Below are positions 10,193 to 18,593 of a DNA stretch of 64,000 nucleotides, piece after piece. Both the position numbers and the translations under genes were made by a program. The notes under the pieces are model-generated. The model saw nothing but the letters and a program-made list of their open reading frames with translations. It was not told the DNA's origin and searched no databases. This DNA comes from an uncultured Bifidobacteriaceae bacterium (GTDB lineage Bacteria > Bacteroidota > Bacteroidia > UKL13-3), in assembly GCA_964535575.1 (NCBI GenBank), contig CAZHTC010000003.1, forward strand, positions 112,640-176,639. The letters are read 5' to 3'. How positions within the stretch are numbered: position 1 is the stretch's first letter; each line of letters starts with the position of its first letter.

Positions 10193-11272
10193 ATGATCAC
10201 CGAAAAAGAAATACTTCAGGCCCTGAGCCACGTAGAGGAGCCCGATTTACACAAAGATCTGGTAATGCTGAATATGATTAAAGATATTCAGATTAATGAC
10301 CTCAATATTGAATTCACCATTGTATTAACAACCCCTGCTTGTCCGCTGAAAGAAAAAATTGAAAAAGATTGTGTAGCGGCCATTCATCAATATGTAAATG
10401 ATAAGGCCATTGTTAAAGTACATATGGCATCCAACGTAAGCAGCACCCGTCAGGATAAATTTGTGTTGCCCGGTGTACGCAATATTGTTGCAGTTATATC
10501 CGGAAAGGGAGGCGTTGGTAAATCTACCATTGCAAGTAATCTAGCTATGGCTCTTTCGTTGTCAGGGGCAAAAGTAGGGGTACTTGATGCCGATATTTAC
10601 GGCCCGTCTCAGGCATTAATGTTTGGCTTGCAGGGCGAGCAACCTTATATGGAGGAAGTAGATGGAAAATCTATGATGATCCCATTGGAGAAGCATGGAG
10701 TGAAAGTAATGTCGGTTGCATTCCTTTTAAAACCCGATCAGGCCGTTGCGTGGCGCGGGCCAATGGTTTCATCGGCCCTTAAGCAATTTGTGAGCGATGT
10801 AAGCTGGGGAGATCTGGATTACCTAATTCTGGATATGCCTCCGGGAACCGGAGATATTCATTTAACTCTATTGCAAACAACTCCACTTACCGGTGTGGTG
10901 GCTGTTACCACTCCACAGGAAGTGGCGCTGGCCGATGCACAAAAGGCTATTGCCATGCTTAGCATGGTTCCTGTTAAAATTCCTGTTTTGGGTGTGGTTG
11001 AAAATATGTCCTGGTTTACACCCGTTGAATTGCCGGAGAATAAATATTTCATTTTTGGTGAAGGTGGAGGGGAAAAACTTGCCTCACTTTCCTCAAGCCC
11101 CCTACTGGCAAAGATTCCGATTTATATGGGTATCATGAAGGGTGCTGATACAGGAGAACCAGCCGCTTTACAACAGGATTCACCTTATGGAAAAATCTAT
11201 AGTCAGTTGGCGCAGGCAGTTGCTCAGCAGGTGGCTATTGTAAACGGGAAAACCTCATCAGTTTCGGCATAA
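10193..11272 (+). CDS. apbC: Fe-S cluster carrier ATPase Mrp/ApbC (NBP35 family) with an N-terminal DUF59 (MIP18-like) domain
   Basis: A deviant Walker A, ISGKGGVGKSTIASNLA, is present. The N-terminal DUF59 region reads EEPDLHKDLVMLNMIK. Confidence 0.9.
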   Translation: MITEKEILQALSHVEEPDLHKDLVMLNMIKDIQINDLNIEFTIVLTTPACPLKEKIEKDCVAAIHQYVNDKAIVKVHMASNVSSTRQDKFVLPGVRNIVAVISGKGGVGKSTIASNLAMALSLSGAKVGVLDADIYGPSQALMFGLQGEQPYMEEVDGKSMMIPLEKHGVKVMSVAFLLKPDQAVAWRGPMVSSALKQFVSDVSWGDLDYLILDMPPGTGDIHLTLLQTTPLTGVVAVTTPQEVALADAQKAIAMLSMVPVKIPVLGVVENMSWFTPVELPENKYFIFGEGGGEKLASLSSSPLLAKIPIYMGIMKGADTGEPAALQQDSPYGKIYSQLAQAVAQQVAIVNGKTSSVSA

Positions 11273-11330
11273 AAAACATTAGCCCACGCTCTTTCACTTT
11301 TTCCATTATATTTGCCCTAAGTTTACACAT

Positions 11331-11576
11331 ATGTCAGTTACCGATAACATGCTTCATGAAAAAATAGAATTGGCACTTAATTCCATGCGTCCGTTTCTGC
11401 AGGCCGATGGAGGTGATGTGGAGTTTATAGAAGTAACTTCAGATATGGTGGTAAACCTTCGTTTATTGGGTGCATGTAGCAGTTGTGCGATGAGCCACAT
11501 GACCATGAAGGCAGGAATTGAAGAAGGACTAAAGCGGGCAATTCCCGAAATAACCGCGGTAGTTGCCGTTAATTAA
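11331..11576 (+). CDS. NifU-like C-terminal domain protein (Nfu)
   Basis: 81 aa. The CSSC in ...LLGACSSCAM... is the conserved Nfu-type Cys pair. Bacteroidetes commonly have this gene adjacent to mrp. Confidence 0.8.
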   Translation: MSVTDNMLHEKIELALNSMRPFLQADGGDVEFIEVTSDMVVNLRLLGACSSCAMSHMTMKAGIEEGLKRAIPEITAVVAVN

Positions 11577-11697
11577 ACCGCCTTCTCCGGTTTACCCTTC
11601 TATTTTACGTTTCATCCCCTTTTTCGTACACTTTGTCCTCTTTAATTTTTTCGTATTGTCAATAGTTTTAATCTTTGCCCCCAAGTTTGAATGACGT

Positions 11698-14070
11698 ATG
11701 AAATTAATTTTTACTATTAGTTCGCTGCTGTTTCTTTTCACCGGCACCCATGCCCAGAATTTTACTCAAACCGTACGTGGTATCGTTATCGATAAAGAGT
11801 CGAAAGAGCCATTAATTGGTGCCAGTGTTAGTCTGTTAAATTCCGACCCTGTAAAAGGAACTGCCACAGATATTAATGGAAATTTTCGTCTGGAGCAGAT
11901 ACCTGTGGGTCGCCAAAGTATTAAGGTTACTTATGTTGGGTACAAAGAAATAATATTGCCCGATGTTATTGTGAATTCAGCCAAAGAAGTGGTGCTAAAT
12001 ATTGAAATGGAAGAATTGGTGGTGATGAAACGGGAAGTGGTGGTTAAAGCTAAGGCCAAAAAGAATGAAACCAACAATGATTTAATCACAGTAAGTGGCC
12101 GTTCATTTACCATCGATCAAACGCAACGTTATGCGGGCAGTTTAGGAGATCCCTCGCGCATGGCATCAAATTTTGCAGGAGTGGCCGGTGGGGGCAGCGA
12201 CCAGCGAAATGATATTGTCATACGCGGAAATTCTCCTTTAGGCTTACTTTGGAGACTCGAAGGTGCTGATATACCCAATCCAAATCATTTCAGCAGTCAG
12301 GGAGCAAACGGAGGGCCTGTAAGTATACTAAATAATAATACGCTGGCTAATTCTGATTTTTTAACCGGAGCATTTCCGGCTGAATATGGCAACGCAAATT
12401 CTGGTGTGTTCGACTTAAAAATGCGTAACGGGAACAATGAAAAATTTGAATTTCTGGGTCAGATGGGTTTTAGCGGGGTGGAGTTAATGGGAGAAGGGCC
12501 CCTCAATAAAAAGAAAGGGTCTTCCTTTTTAGTAAGCTATCGCTACTCCACGCTGGCTGTGTTTGATGCAGTAGGATTCAAATTCGGGAATGCCGGTATT
12601 CCGCAATACCAGGATATTTCGTTTAAATTTAATTTCCCGCAAACAAAATTCGGAAGCATTGGCTTTTTTGGAATAGGGGGAAACAGTGCTACTCAATTAC
12701 TGGATAGTAAAAAGACTCCTTCAGAAATGGCGAAACTTGCTTTTCCGCTCGATATAGATTACTCGAGCAGCATGGGAGTAGCCGGAATTTCTCATTTGCT
12801 TCGTTTAGGTAAAACATCTTTTGTGAAAACGGTATTTACCGTTTCGGGGGAAGGCAATGATGTAGACATCGATTCGCTCAACTACCTGGACAACTACAAA
12901 GGGATACCCATTCAATACAGGCGAACGGCCACCACACGTGAATCGTTGCATACCTATTTCAGTAAAAAAATTAACTCCAGAAATGCGTTTAAGGTGGGAA
13001 TTATTGCTACCTCATTTCAGTTAGATATGAAAGACACTGCGTTTAATGCACGACTTGGGCGTTACAAGGTAAATTATGACATAAATGAAGGAACAGGTTT
13101 AGTGCAGGCCTATGCAAATTATAATTTTCATGTAAATGAAAAGATTACTCTTAATGCAGGGTTACACTACAATCGTTTTTTGCTGAATGCAAGTGAAGGC
13201 CTAGAACCCCGTGCCGGAATAAAATGGAAAGTAACCCAGAAGCAAACATGGGGTTTTGGTTTTGGGTCTCATGGGCAAAATCAACCCCTTCCGGTGTACT
13301 TCCAAAAAACATTGATTGATACGGTTACAGGAAGTTATATTTTCACCAATAAAGATTTAAAAATGAGTCGTAGTATGCATTACGTGCTGAGTTATGAAAA
13401 TCAACTCGGGGGAAATTTATATCTGAAGGCGGAAGTATATTATCAGCAACTTTCTAAAATTCCGGTGAGCAGTAATCCATCAGTTTTTTCTGTGGCAAAT
13501 TTTGGAGCCGACTTTGTTTTTCCCGATGCCGACAGTCTCATTAATAAGGGAAAAGGGAGAAACTACGGAGCCGAATTAACACTGGAACGTTTTTTTGCTG
13601 AAGGGTATTATTTTCTAATCACTGCTTCGGTTTTTAATTCGGAATATAAGGCCGGAGACGGAGTATGGCGAAATACAGCATTTAATGGGAATTATGTTTT
13701 TAACGCTCTGGCCGGACGAGAACTGAAATTGAAAAAAGGCGGCATTCTCACGTTTAGCCTTAAAGTTACCGATGCAGGCGGAAAACGTTACACTCCTGTT
13801 GATGTAGTCCGGTCCTCCATGGAGGGGAAAACGGTTTACATCGAATCGCGAACCAATGAATTAAAGTATAAAGATTATTTCCGTACAGATATACGGATAG
13901 GATTTAAAAAGAATGGCAAAAAAATCACACAGGAATGGGCTTTAGATATTCAAAACGTATTTAATACCCAAAATATACTCACCCAGCAATACAATATACG
14001 TACGGGTAAATTGGAAAAGCAATACCAGATAGGTATTTTCCCTGTACCTCTCTACAGGATTTATTTCTGA
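11698..14070 (+). CDS. TonB-dependent outer-membrane receptor-like protein with an N-terminal carboxypeptidase-regulatory-like domain
   Basis: A signal peptide is followed by VRGIVIDKESKEPLIGASVSL...GNFRL (CarboxypepD_reg-like). A plug-like region (DIVIRGNSPLG) and a long alternating beta-barrel follow, ending YRIYF. Confidence 0.6.
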   Translation: MKLIFTISSLLFLFTGTHAQNFTQTVRGIVIDKESKEPLIGASVSLLNSDPVKGTATDINGNFRLEQIPVGRQSIKVTYVGYKEIILPDVIVNSAKEVVLNIEMEELVVMKREVVVKAKAKKNETNNDLITVSGRSFTIDQTQRYAGSLGDPSRMASNFAGVAGGGSDQRNDIVIRGNSPLGLLWRLEGADIPNPNHFSSQGANGGPVSILNNNTLANSDFLTGAFPAEYGNANSGVFDLKMRNGNNEKFEFLGQMGFSGVELMGEGPLNKKKGSSFLVSYRYSTLAVFDAVGFKFGNAGIPQYQDISFKFNFPQTKFGSIGFFGIGGNSATQLLDSKKTPSEMAKLAFPLDIDYSSSMGVAGISHLLRLGKTSFVKTVFTVSGEGNDVDIDSLNYLDNYKGIPIQYRRTATTRESLHTYFSKKINSRNAFKVGIIATSFQLDMKDTAFNARLGRYKVNYDINEGTGLVQAYANYNFHVNEKITLNAGLHYNRFLLNASEGLEPRAGIKWKVTQKQTWGFGFGSHGQNQPLPVYFQKTLIDTVTGSYIFTNKDLKMSRSMHYVLSYENQLGGNLYLKAEVYYQQLSKIPVSSNPSVFSVANFGADFVFPDADSLINKGKGRNYGAELTLERFFAEGYYFLITASVFNSEYKAGDGVWRNTAFNGNYVFNALAGRELKLKKGGILTFSLKVTDAGGKRYTPVDVVRSSMEGKTVYIESRTNELKYKDYFRTDIRIGFKKNGKKITQEWALDIQNVFNTQNILTQQYNIRTGKLEKQYQIGIFPVPLYRIYF

Positions 14071-14167
14071 GGAAAAAGCGGTTAACGGATTTAATTAAAA
14101 ATTCGTCCGAAAAATAATTGTTGTATTTCCGTTCTTTTACTAATTTGTCAAAAAAAATATACGTGTT

Positions 14168-14923
14168 ATGAAAACAATTATTATAATGATTTGCGGGTGG
14201 TTCATGACCATTTCCGCTTTTGCGCAATCTGGTTATTACATGCAATACAGTGTGTCGGGTACCGATGGAAAACAAATGCATATGACCGGTTCAATGACCA
14301 TGTATCTTAAAGGAAACAGCAGCCGCACTGAAATGAACATGAACATTCCGGGAATGGGTGCGATGAAACAGGTTTATTTATGCAGGCAAAGTACCCCCAA
14401 TATTGTGTACATGATTAATGATGCCGATAAGTCGTTTTCTGAGGTGGCCACTATGACCAATGGCGGAAAATCAACCACCGAAGTGGTATCTGTAATAGGT
14501 ACTGAAAAAATAGGCAGTTTCAATTGTACCCATGTAAAAATAAAGCAGGAAGGAAAAGTAAACGATATGTGGGTGTCGAAAGACGTAACAGGTTATGCCT
14601 CCATGTCAGTAAAAAATGAATTCATGAAAAGCGATGAGTTAAATGCAGCACTGAAAGCTAAAAATGTTGAAGGTTTCCCTGTTAAGTTTACCTCAACTGA
14701 TAATAGAATGACAATGACTATGGTGCTCACCGAGGTGGTTGCAAAAACTTTAAGTGAGGATTTGTTTCAGATTCCGGCCGGCTATACCAAAAAGACCAAT
14801 GCCATGATGATGCCGGGAGGTCAGTCGGTTCCCGATATGCAAAAACTACAAAACATGAGTGAGGAGGAAAGGAAAAAATACATAGAACAAATGCGCAAAC
14901 AAATGGGCGTTAAAGAAGATTAA
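14168..14923 (+). CDS. Secreted hypothetical protein (DUF4412-like?)
   Basis: Signal peptide MKTIIIMICGWFMTISAFAQ. The body is Met/Gly-rich and the C-terminus is Lys/Glu-rich. Confidence 0.4.
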   Translation: MKTIIIMICGWFMTISAFAQSGYYMQYSVSGTDGKQMHMTGSMTMYLKGNSSRTEMNMNIPGMGAMKQVYLCRQSTPNIVYMINDADKSFSEVATMTNGGKSTTEVVSVIGTEKIGSFNCTHVKIKQEGKVNDMWVSKDVTGYASMSVKNEFMKSDELNAALKAKNVEGFPVKFTSTDNRMTMTMVLTEVVAKTLSEDLFQIPAGYTKKTNAMMMPGGQSVPDMQKLQNMSEEERKKYIEQMRKQMGVKED

Positions 14924-14970
14924 TCCTGCAGTTTCATTTTATTACCTAATTTTGCCGAAATATTTTTTTA

Positions 14971-15990
14971 ATGAAACTGGTAACATATACACACAATGGA
15001 ACTTCACCGCAATTGGGAGTTCTTATTTCTGATAGAGTTTATAACATACATCAATTACAATCTTCATTGCCCGATAACATGAAGGATTTTTTATGGGCCG
15101 GAGAAAAGGCAATGGAACAAGCCAAACAGGTGGATGCCGATCTGAAATCAGGAAAAAAAGATGCTCCTTCTCATCCGATCAGCGAAGTGCAATTGCTGGC
15201 ACCTGTTCCTGCACCCACTTCATGCCGCGATGGATATGCATTCCGTCAGCATGTGGCGGCTGCCCGAAGAAATCGTAAGGTTCCGATGATTGAAGAGTTT
15301 GATCAGTACCCCATTTTTTATTTCACCAATCACAATGCAGTGCAGGGTCCGGGCGAAATTTGGTGTATGCCCGATCATTTTCAAAAACTCGATTTTGAAC
15401 TCGAAGCAGCCGTGGTATTAGGTAAAAAAGGCAGAAATGTAAGGGCAAAGGATGCTGACCAGTATATTGCAGGTTACATGATCATGAATGATATGAGCGC
15501 ACGCACCCTGCAAATGGAAGAAATGCTACTCAATTTAGGCCCTGCCAAAGGAAAAGATTTTTCAACAGTTATCGGGCCGTATATGGTAACGCCTGATGAA
15601 CTGGAAACTTTTAAAGTACCTGCCAAGGCAGGTCATGAAGGAAATAATTATAACCTCAGAATGAAATGCTGGGTAAATGGTATTCAGGTATCAGATGGAA
15701 ACGTAGGTGATATGGACTGGACCTTTGCCGAAATCATTGAGCGTTGTGCCTATGGAGTAGATATTCTTCCGGGCGAGGTAATTGGCTCGGGAACGGTTGG
15801 AACCGGGTGTTTTCTGGAACTGAACGGAACCGGATTACTCAACAACCCTAATTACAAAGTGCAATGGTTGCAGGATGGCGATGAGGTGAAAATGGAAATT
15901 GACGGATTGGGAACTCTGGTAAATACCATCCGTAAAGAGCAAACAGATTATTCCATTCTTGGATTAAAGAAACATACCCAACCGGGTTAA
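14971..15990 (+). CDS. Fumarylacetoacetate hydrolase (FAH) family protein
   Basis: DFELEAAVVLGKKGRNV...GYMIMNDMSAR...GTGCFLELNG matches the FAH-fold metal-binding and substrate motifs. Confidence 0.8.
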   Translation: MKLVTYTHNGTSPQLGVLISDRVYNIHQLQSSLPDNMKDFLWAGEKAMEQAKQVDADLKSGKKDAPSHPISEVQLLAPVPAPTSCRDGYAFRQHVAAARRNRKVPMIEEFDQYPIFYFTNHNAVQGPGEIWCMPDHFQKLDFELEAAVVLGKKGRNVRAKDADQYIAGYMIMNDMSARTLQMEEMLLNLGPAKGKDFSTVIGPYMVTPDELETFKVPAKAGHEGNNYNLRMKCWVNGIQVSDGNVGDMDWTFAEIIERCAYGVDILPGEVIGSGTVGTGCFLELNGTGLLNNPNYKVQWLQDGDEVKMEIDGLGTLVNTIRKEQTDYSILGLKKHTQPG

Positions 15991-16015
15991 GATGAACAAG
16001 TCATTAACAAAAAAA

Positions 16016-16045
16016 GGTCGCTGCATAGGGCAGCGACCTTTTTTG
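16016..16045. terminator. Bidirectional rho-independent terminator between convergent genes
   Basis: ggtcgctgc-atag-ggcagcgacc is flanked by an A-run and TTTTTT. Confidence 0.55.
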
Positions 16046-16064
16046 TTGCAATTGATAATTGCTA

Positions 16065-16727
16065 TTAGTTCTTGGTAAATGTTTTGGTAATCACTTTACC
16101 GTTTTCAAACACTTTAATGATATACATACCGGCAGGTAAATCTTCAATAGAAATAGTGGTAGTGTATCCGGTATGATTAACGGTTTTTACTTTGTTGCCT
16201 ATAATATTAAAGATGTCAATACGGGCACCGCTTTTTGCATCATAACGGAAGGTAAGTACGTCCTGAGCCGGATTTGGATAAAATACAAACTCTTTTGAAG
16301 TGCTCATTTTAGGAGTTCCGTTGGCAAAAGCATTGGCATAGTAATATACCGTATCGCCACCTGCTCGGTTTCCTTTTTGATAAATGTAGAGTTTAACCAA
16401 CGTGTGCCCGGGGTTGTTATTCGGGCTAATGTTTACATCAATAATATTGGAATCGCCCGCAGCCATATAAAATGAACTGCTGTCCTTGGCATCTCCCCAG
16501 CAGGTAATCACATCGCATATTTGCGATGACCATCCCGAAGGTAAATTCTGAAAACGAACCCAGGTAAAACTATCACCTGTTAAAGCAGTATTTTTAAAAA
16601 ATGCTTTGCAAATTAATACGGTACTGGGGGCGCCACCGGTGTACACCGGATTTGGAGCAACAGTAAACTGAGCCTGAGCGGCACCGGTAAAAAGGAGGAT
16701 AGCTAAAACGGTAAAAATCTTTTTCAT
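16065..16727 (-). CDS. Secreted protein with a T9SS C-terminal sorting domain
   Basis: Signal peptide ...FTGAAQAQ. The C-terminus DLPAGMYIIKVFENGKVITKTFTKN is a Por-secretion CTD beta-sandwich signature. Confidence 0.6.
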   Translation of the reverse strand: MKKIFTVLAILLFTGAAQAQFTVAPNPVYTGGAPSTVLICKAFFKNTALTGDSFTWVRFQNLPSGWSSQICDVITCWGDAKDSSSFYMAAGDSNIIDVNISPNNNPGHTLVKLYIYQKGNRAGGDTVYYYANAFANGTPKMSTSKEFVFYPNPAQDVLTFRYDAKSGARIDIFNIIGNKVKTVNHTGYTTTISIEDLPAGMYIIKVFENGKVITKTFTKN

Positions 16728-16804
16728 GTAAAAGTTAATTTGTTACAAATTTAATCAATAAATCGAGTTCTTTGCAAAAGTCACAAAAATTATGCAGCTA
16801 TTGC

Positions 16805-18091
16805 ATGAATACAGTTTACACTACTTCGGTTTCTGAATATCAGCTAACTACACTTAAGTTGCAGGTGCTGCAACTGGCGAATCAAAGTGATTTCGGGGCT
16901 GTATATGTATCCAATGGTTTGCCGGCAGCCTGTGATTATAAAACCTATGAGTTGGTAGCCGGAATAGGGTGCAGGCAAAAACTGTTTTTGCCTGCAGGGC
17001 AGGTGTTTTCTTCCCTTCAATCTTTTGCGGCAAACGAATGGCTCTTTGGTTATCTGGGATACGATTGCAAAAACGAAGTAGAAAATCTTACTTCACAAAA
17101 CCGTGCGCATTTAGCAACTGATAACGCTGTTTTTTTTATTCCCGAAACCGTTATTGAGATTTTCCCAAACAGGCAGGTAAGTATTACCGGGAATAATCCT
17201 CAACGGGTATGGAATCAACTTTTGGCCATTGAACCATACAATGAAGCTTCATTTAGTATGGAAGGAAAGGTACATGCGGTAATGACCAAAGAAGATTACC
17301 TTTCTAAGGTGGAGCAGGTGCTGCATCATATTGAAGCGGGAGATGTGTACGAATTAAATCTTTGTCAGGAGTTTTATGGGACTGTAAAAGAAGGTGACCC
17401 TTTGGCCACTTTCCTTAAATTAAATGAGGTATCGCCTATGCCCTTTGCCGCTTTTCTTAAATTAGAAAATACCTGGGTGCTTGGAGCCAGTCCCGAAAGA
17501 TTTTTGTCGAAAACCGGAAATAAATTGGTTTCCCAACCAATAAAAGGAACCACCCGAAGAGGTAAAACTCCGGAAGAAGACAGGGAAAAAAGGGCCGGGT
17601 TACTCGCATCGGAAAAAGAGCGGGCCGAAAACCTGATGATAGTGGATTTGGTGAGAAATGACTTATCCCGCTCGTGCCTGCCGGGGACTGTACGTGTAGA
17701 AGAACTGTTCGGAGTGTACTCGTTTCAACGGGTGCACCAGATGATTTCAACCGTGAGCGGTGAGATAGAAAAGGAAACCACTTGGTGGCAAACGATTAAA
17801 AATGCTTTTCCCATGGGTTCCATGACCGGGGCCCCCAAGGTAATGGCCATGAAGTTGATTGAAGAGTATGAGCAAAGTAAACGGGGCATTTATTCAGGGG
17901 CTATCGGGTACATTACCCCCCATAAAGATTTTGATTTTAATGTAGTTATCCGAAGCATGGTGTACCATGCCGATACAAAAAAATTGTCCTTTCAGGTGGG
18001 TGGGGCTATCACCTGGGATTCGGTTCCTGAAGCTGAATATGAGGAATGTATGCTCAAGGCCCAGGCCATTCGCCAAGTGTTGGAAGCTTGA
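16805..18091 (+). CDS. pabB: Chorismate-utilising enzyme, aminodeoxychorismate synthase component I-like (PabB/TrpE family)
   Basis: The C-terminal GAPKVMAMKLIEEYEQSKRGIYSGAIGY...GGAITWDSVPEAEYEECMLKA matches the chorismate-binding domain. The ATG at 16805 is preferred over the TTG used by the ORF track at 16772. Confidence 0.7.
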   Translation: MNTVYTTSVSEYQLTTLKLQVLQLANQSDFGAVYVSNGLPAACDYKTYELVAGIGCRQKLFLPAGQVFSSLQSFAANEWLFGYLGYDCKNEVENLTSQNRAHLATDNAVFFIPETVIEIFPNRQVSITGNNPQRVWNQLLAIEPYNEASFSMEGKVHAVMTKEDYLSKVEQVLHHIEAGDVYELNLCQEFYGTVKEGDPLATFLKLNEVSPMPFAAFLKLENTWVLGASPERFLSKTGNKLVSQPIKGTTRRGKTPEEDREKRAGLLASEKERAENLMIVDLVRNDLSRSCLPGTVRVEELFGVYSFQRVHQMISTVSGEIEKETTWWQTIKNAFPMGSMTGAPKVMAMKLIEEYEQSKRGIYSGAIGYITPHKDFDFNVVIRSMVYHADTKKLSFQVGGAITWDSVPEAEYEECMLKAQAIRQVLEA

Positions 18092-18176
18092 AACTCAGTA
18101 AGTAATTTTTTGCCCTCAGGTTTGCCAAAGTGAAAATATATCGTACATTTGCACCTCATTTTACAGAACTGTCACC

Positions 18177-18524
18177 ATGGACTTAATTAAAATTGTAGAA
18201 AACGAATTTACCACGGGAAAAACATTTCCTGAGTTTAATGCAGGCGATACCGTTACCGTTCATTATAAAATTAAAGAAGGTAACAAAGAGCGTATACAGC
18301 AGTTTCAGGGCGTGGTATTGCAACGCAGAAATGCAGGTATATCGGCATCTTTTACGGTGCGCAAAGTATCAAACGGGGTAGGTGTGGAGCGTATATTCCC
18401 TCTTTTCAGCCCAAATATTGATAAGATTGAAGTCAATATGCGTGGTAAAGTCAGAAGGGCAAGGCTGTTTTACCTCCGCGAACTCACAGGCAAAAAAGCC
18501 CGTATCAAAGAGAAAAGAGGTTAA
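18177..18524 (+). CDS. rplS: 50S ribosomal protein L19
   Basis: [33 protein letters not shown]...[19 protein letters not shown] is a canonical L19 sequence. Confidence 0.95.
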   Translation: MDLIKIVENEFTTGKTFPEFNAGDTVTVHYKIKEGNKERIQQFQGVVLQRRNAGISASFTVRKVSNGVGVERIFPLFSPNIDKIEVNMRGKVRRARLFYLRELTGKKARIKEKRG

Positions 18525-18544
18525 TTTTTTTATAACACATAATC

Positions 18545-18576
18545 AGCCCCGGCCTTCAATCCGGGGCTTTTTTATT
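18545..18576 (+). terminator. Rho-independent terminator after rplS
   Basis: agccccgg-ccttcaat-ccggggct is followed by TTTTTTATTTATTTT. Confidence 0.65.
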
Positions 18577-18593
18577 TATTTTCGCAGCACAAT

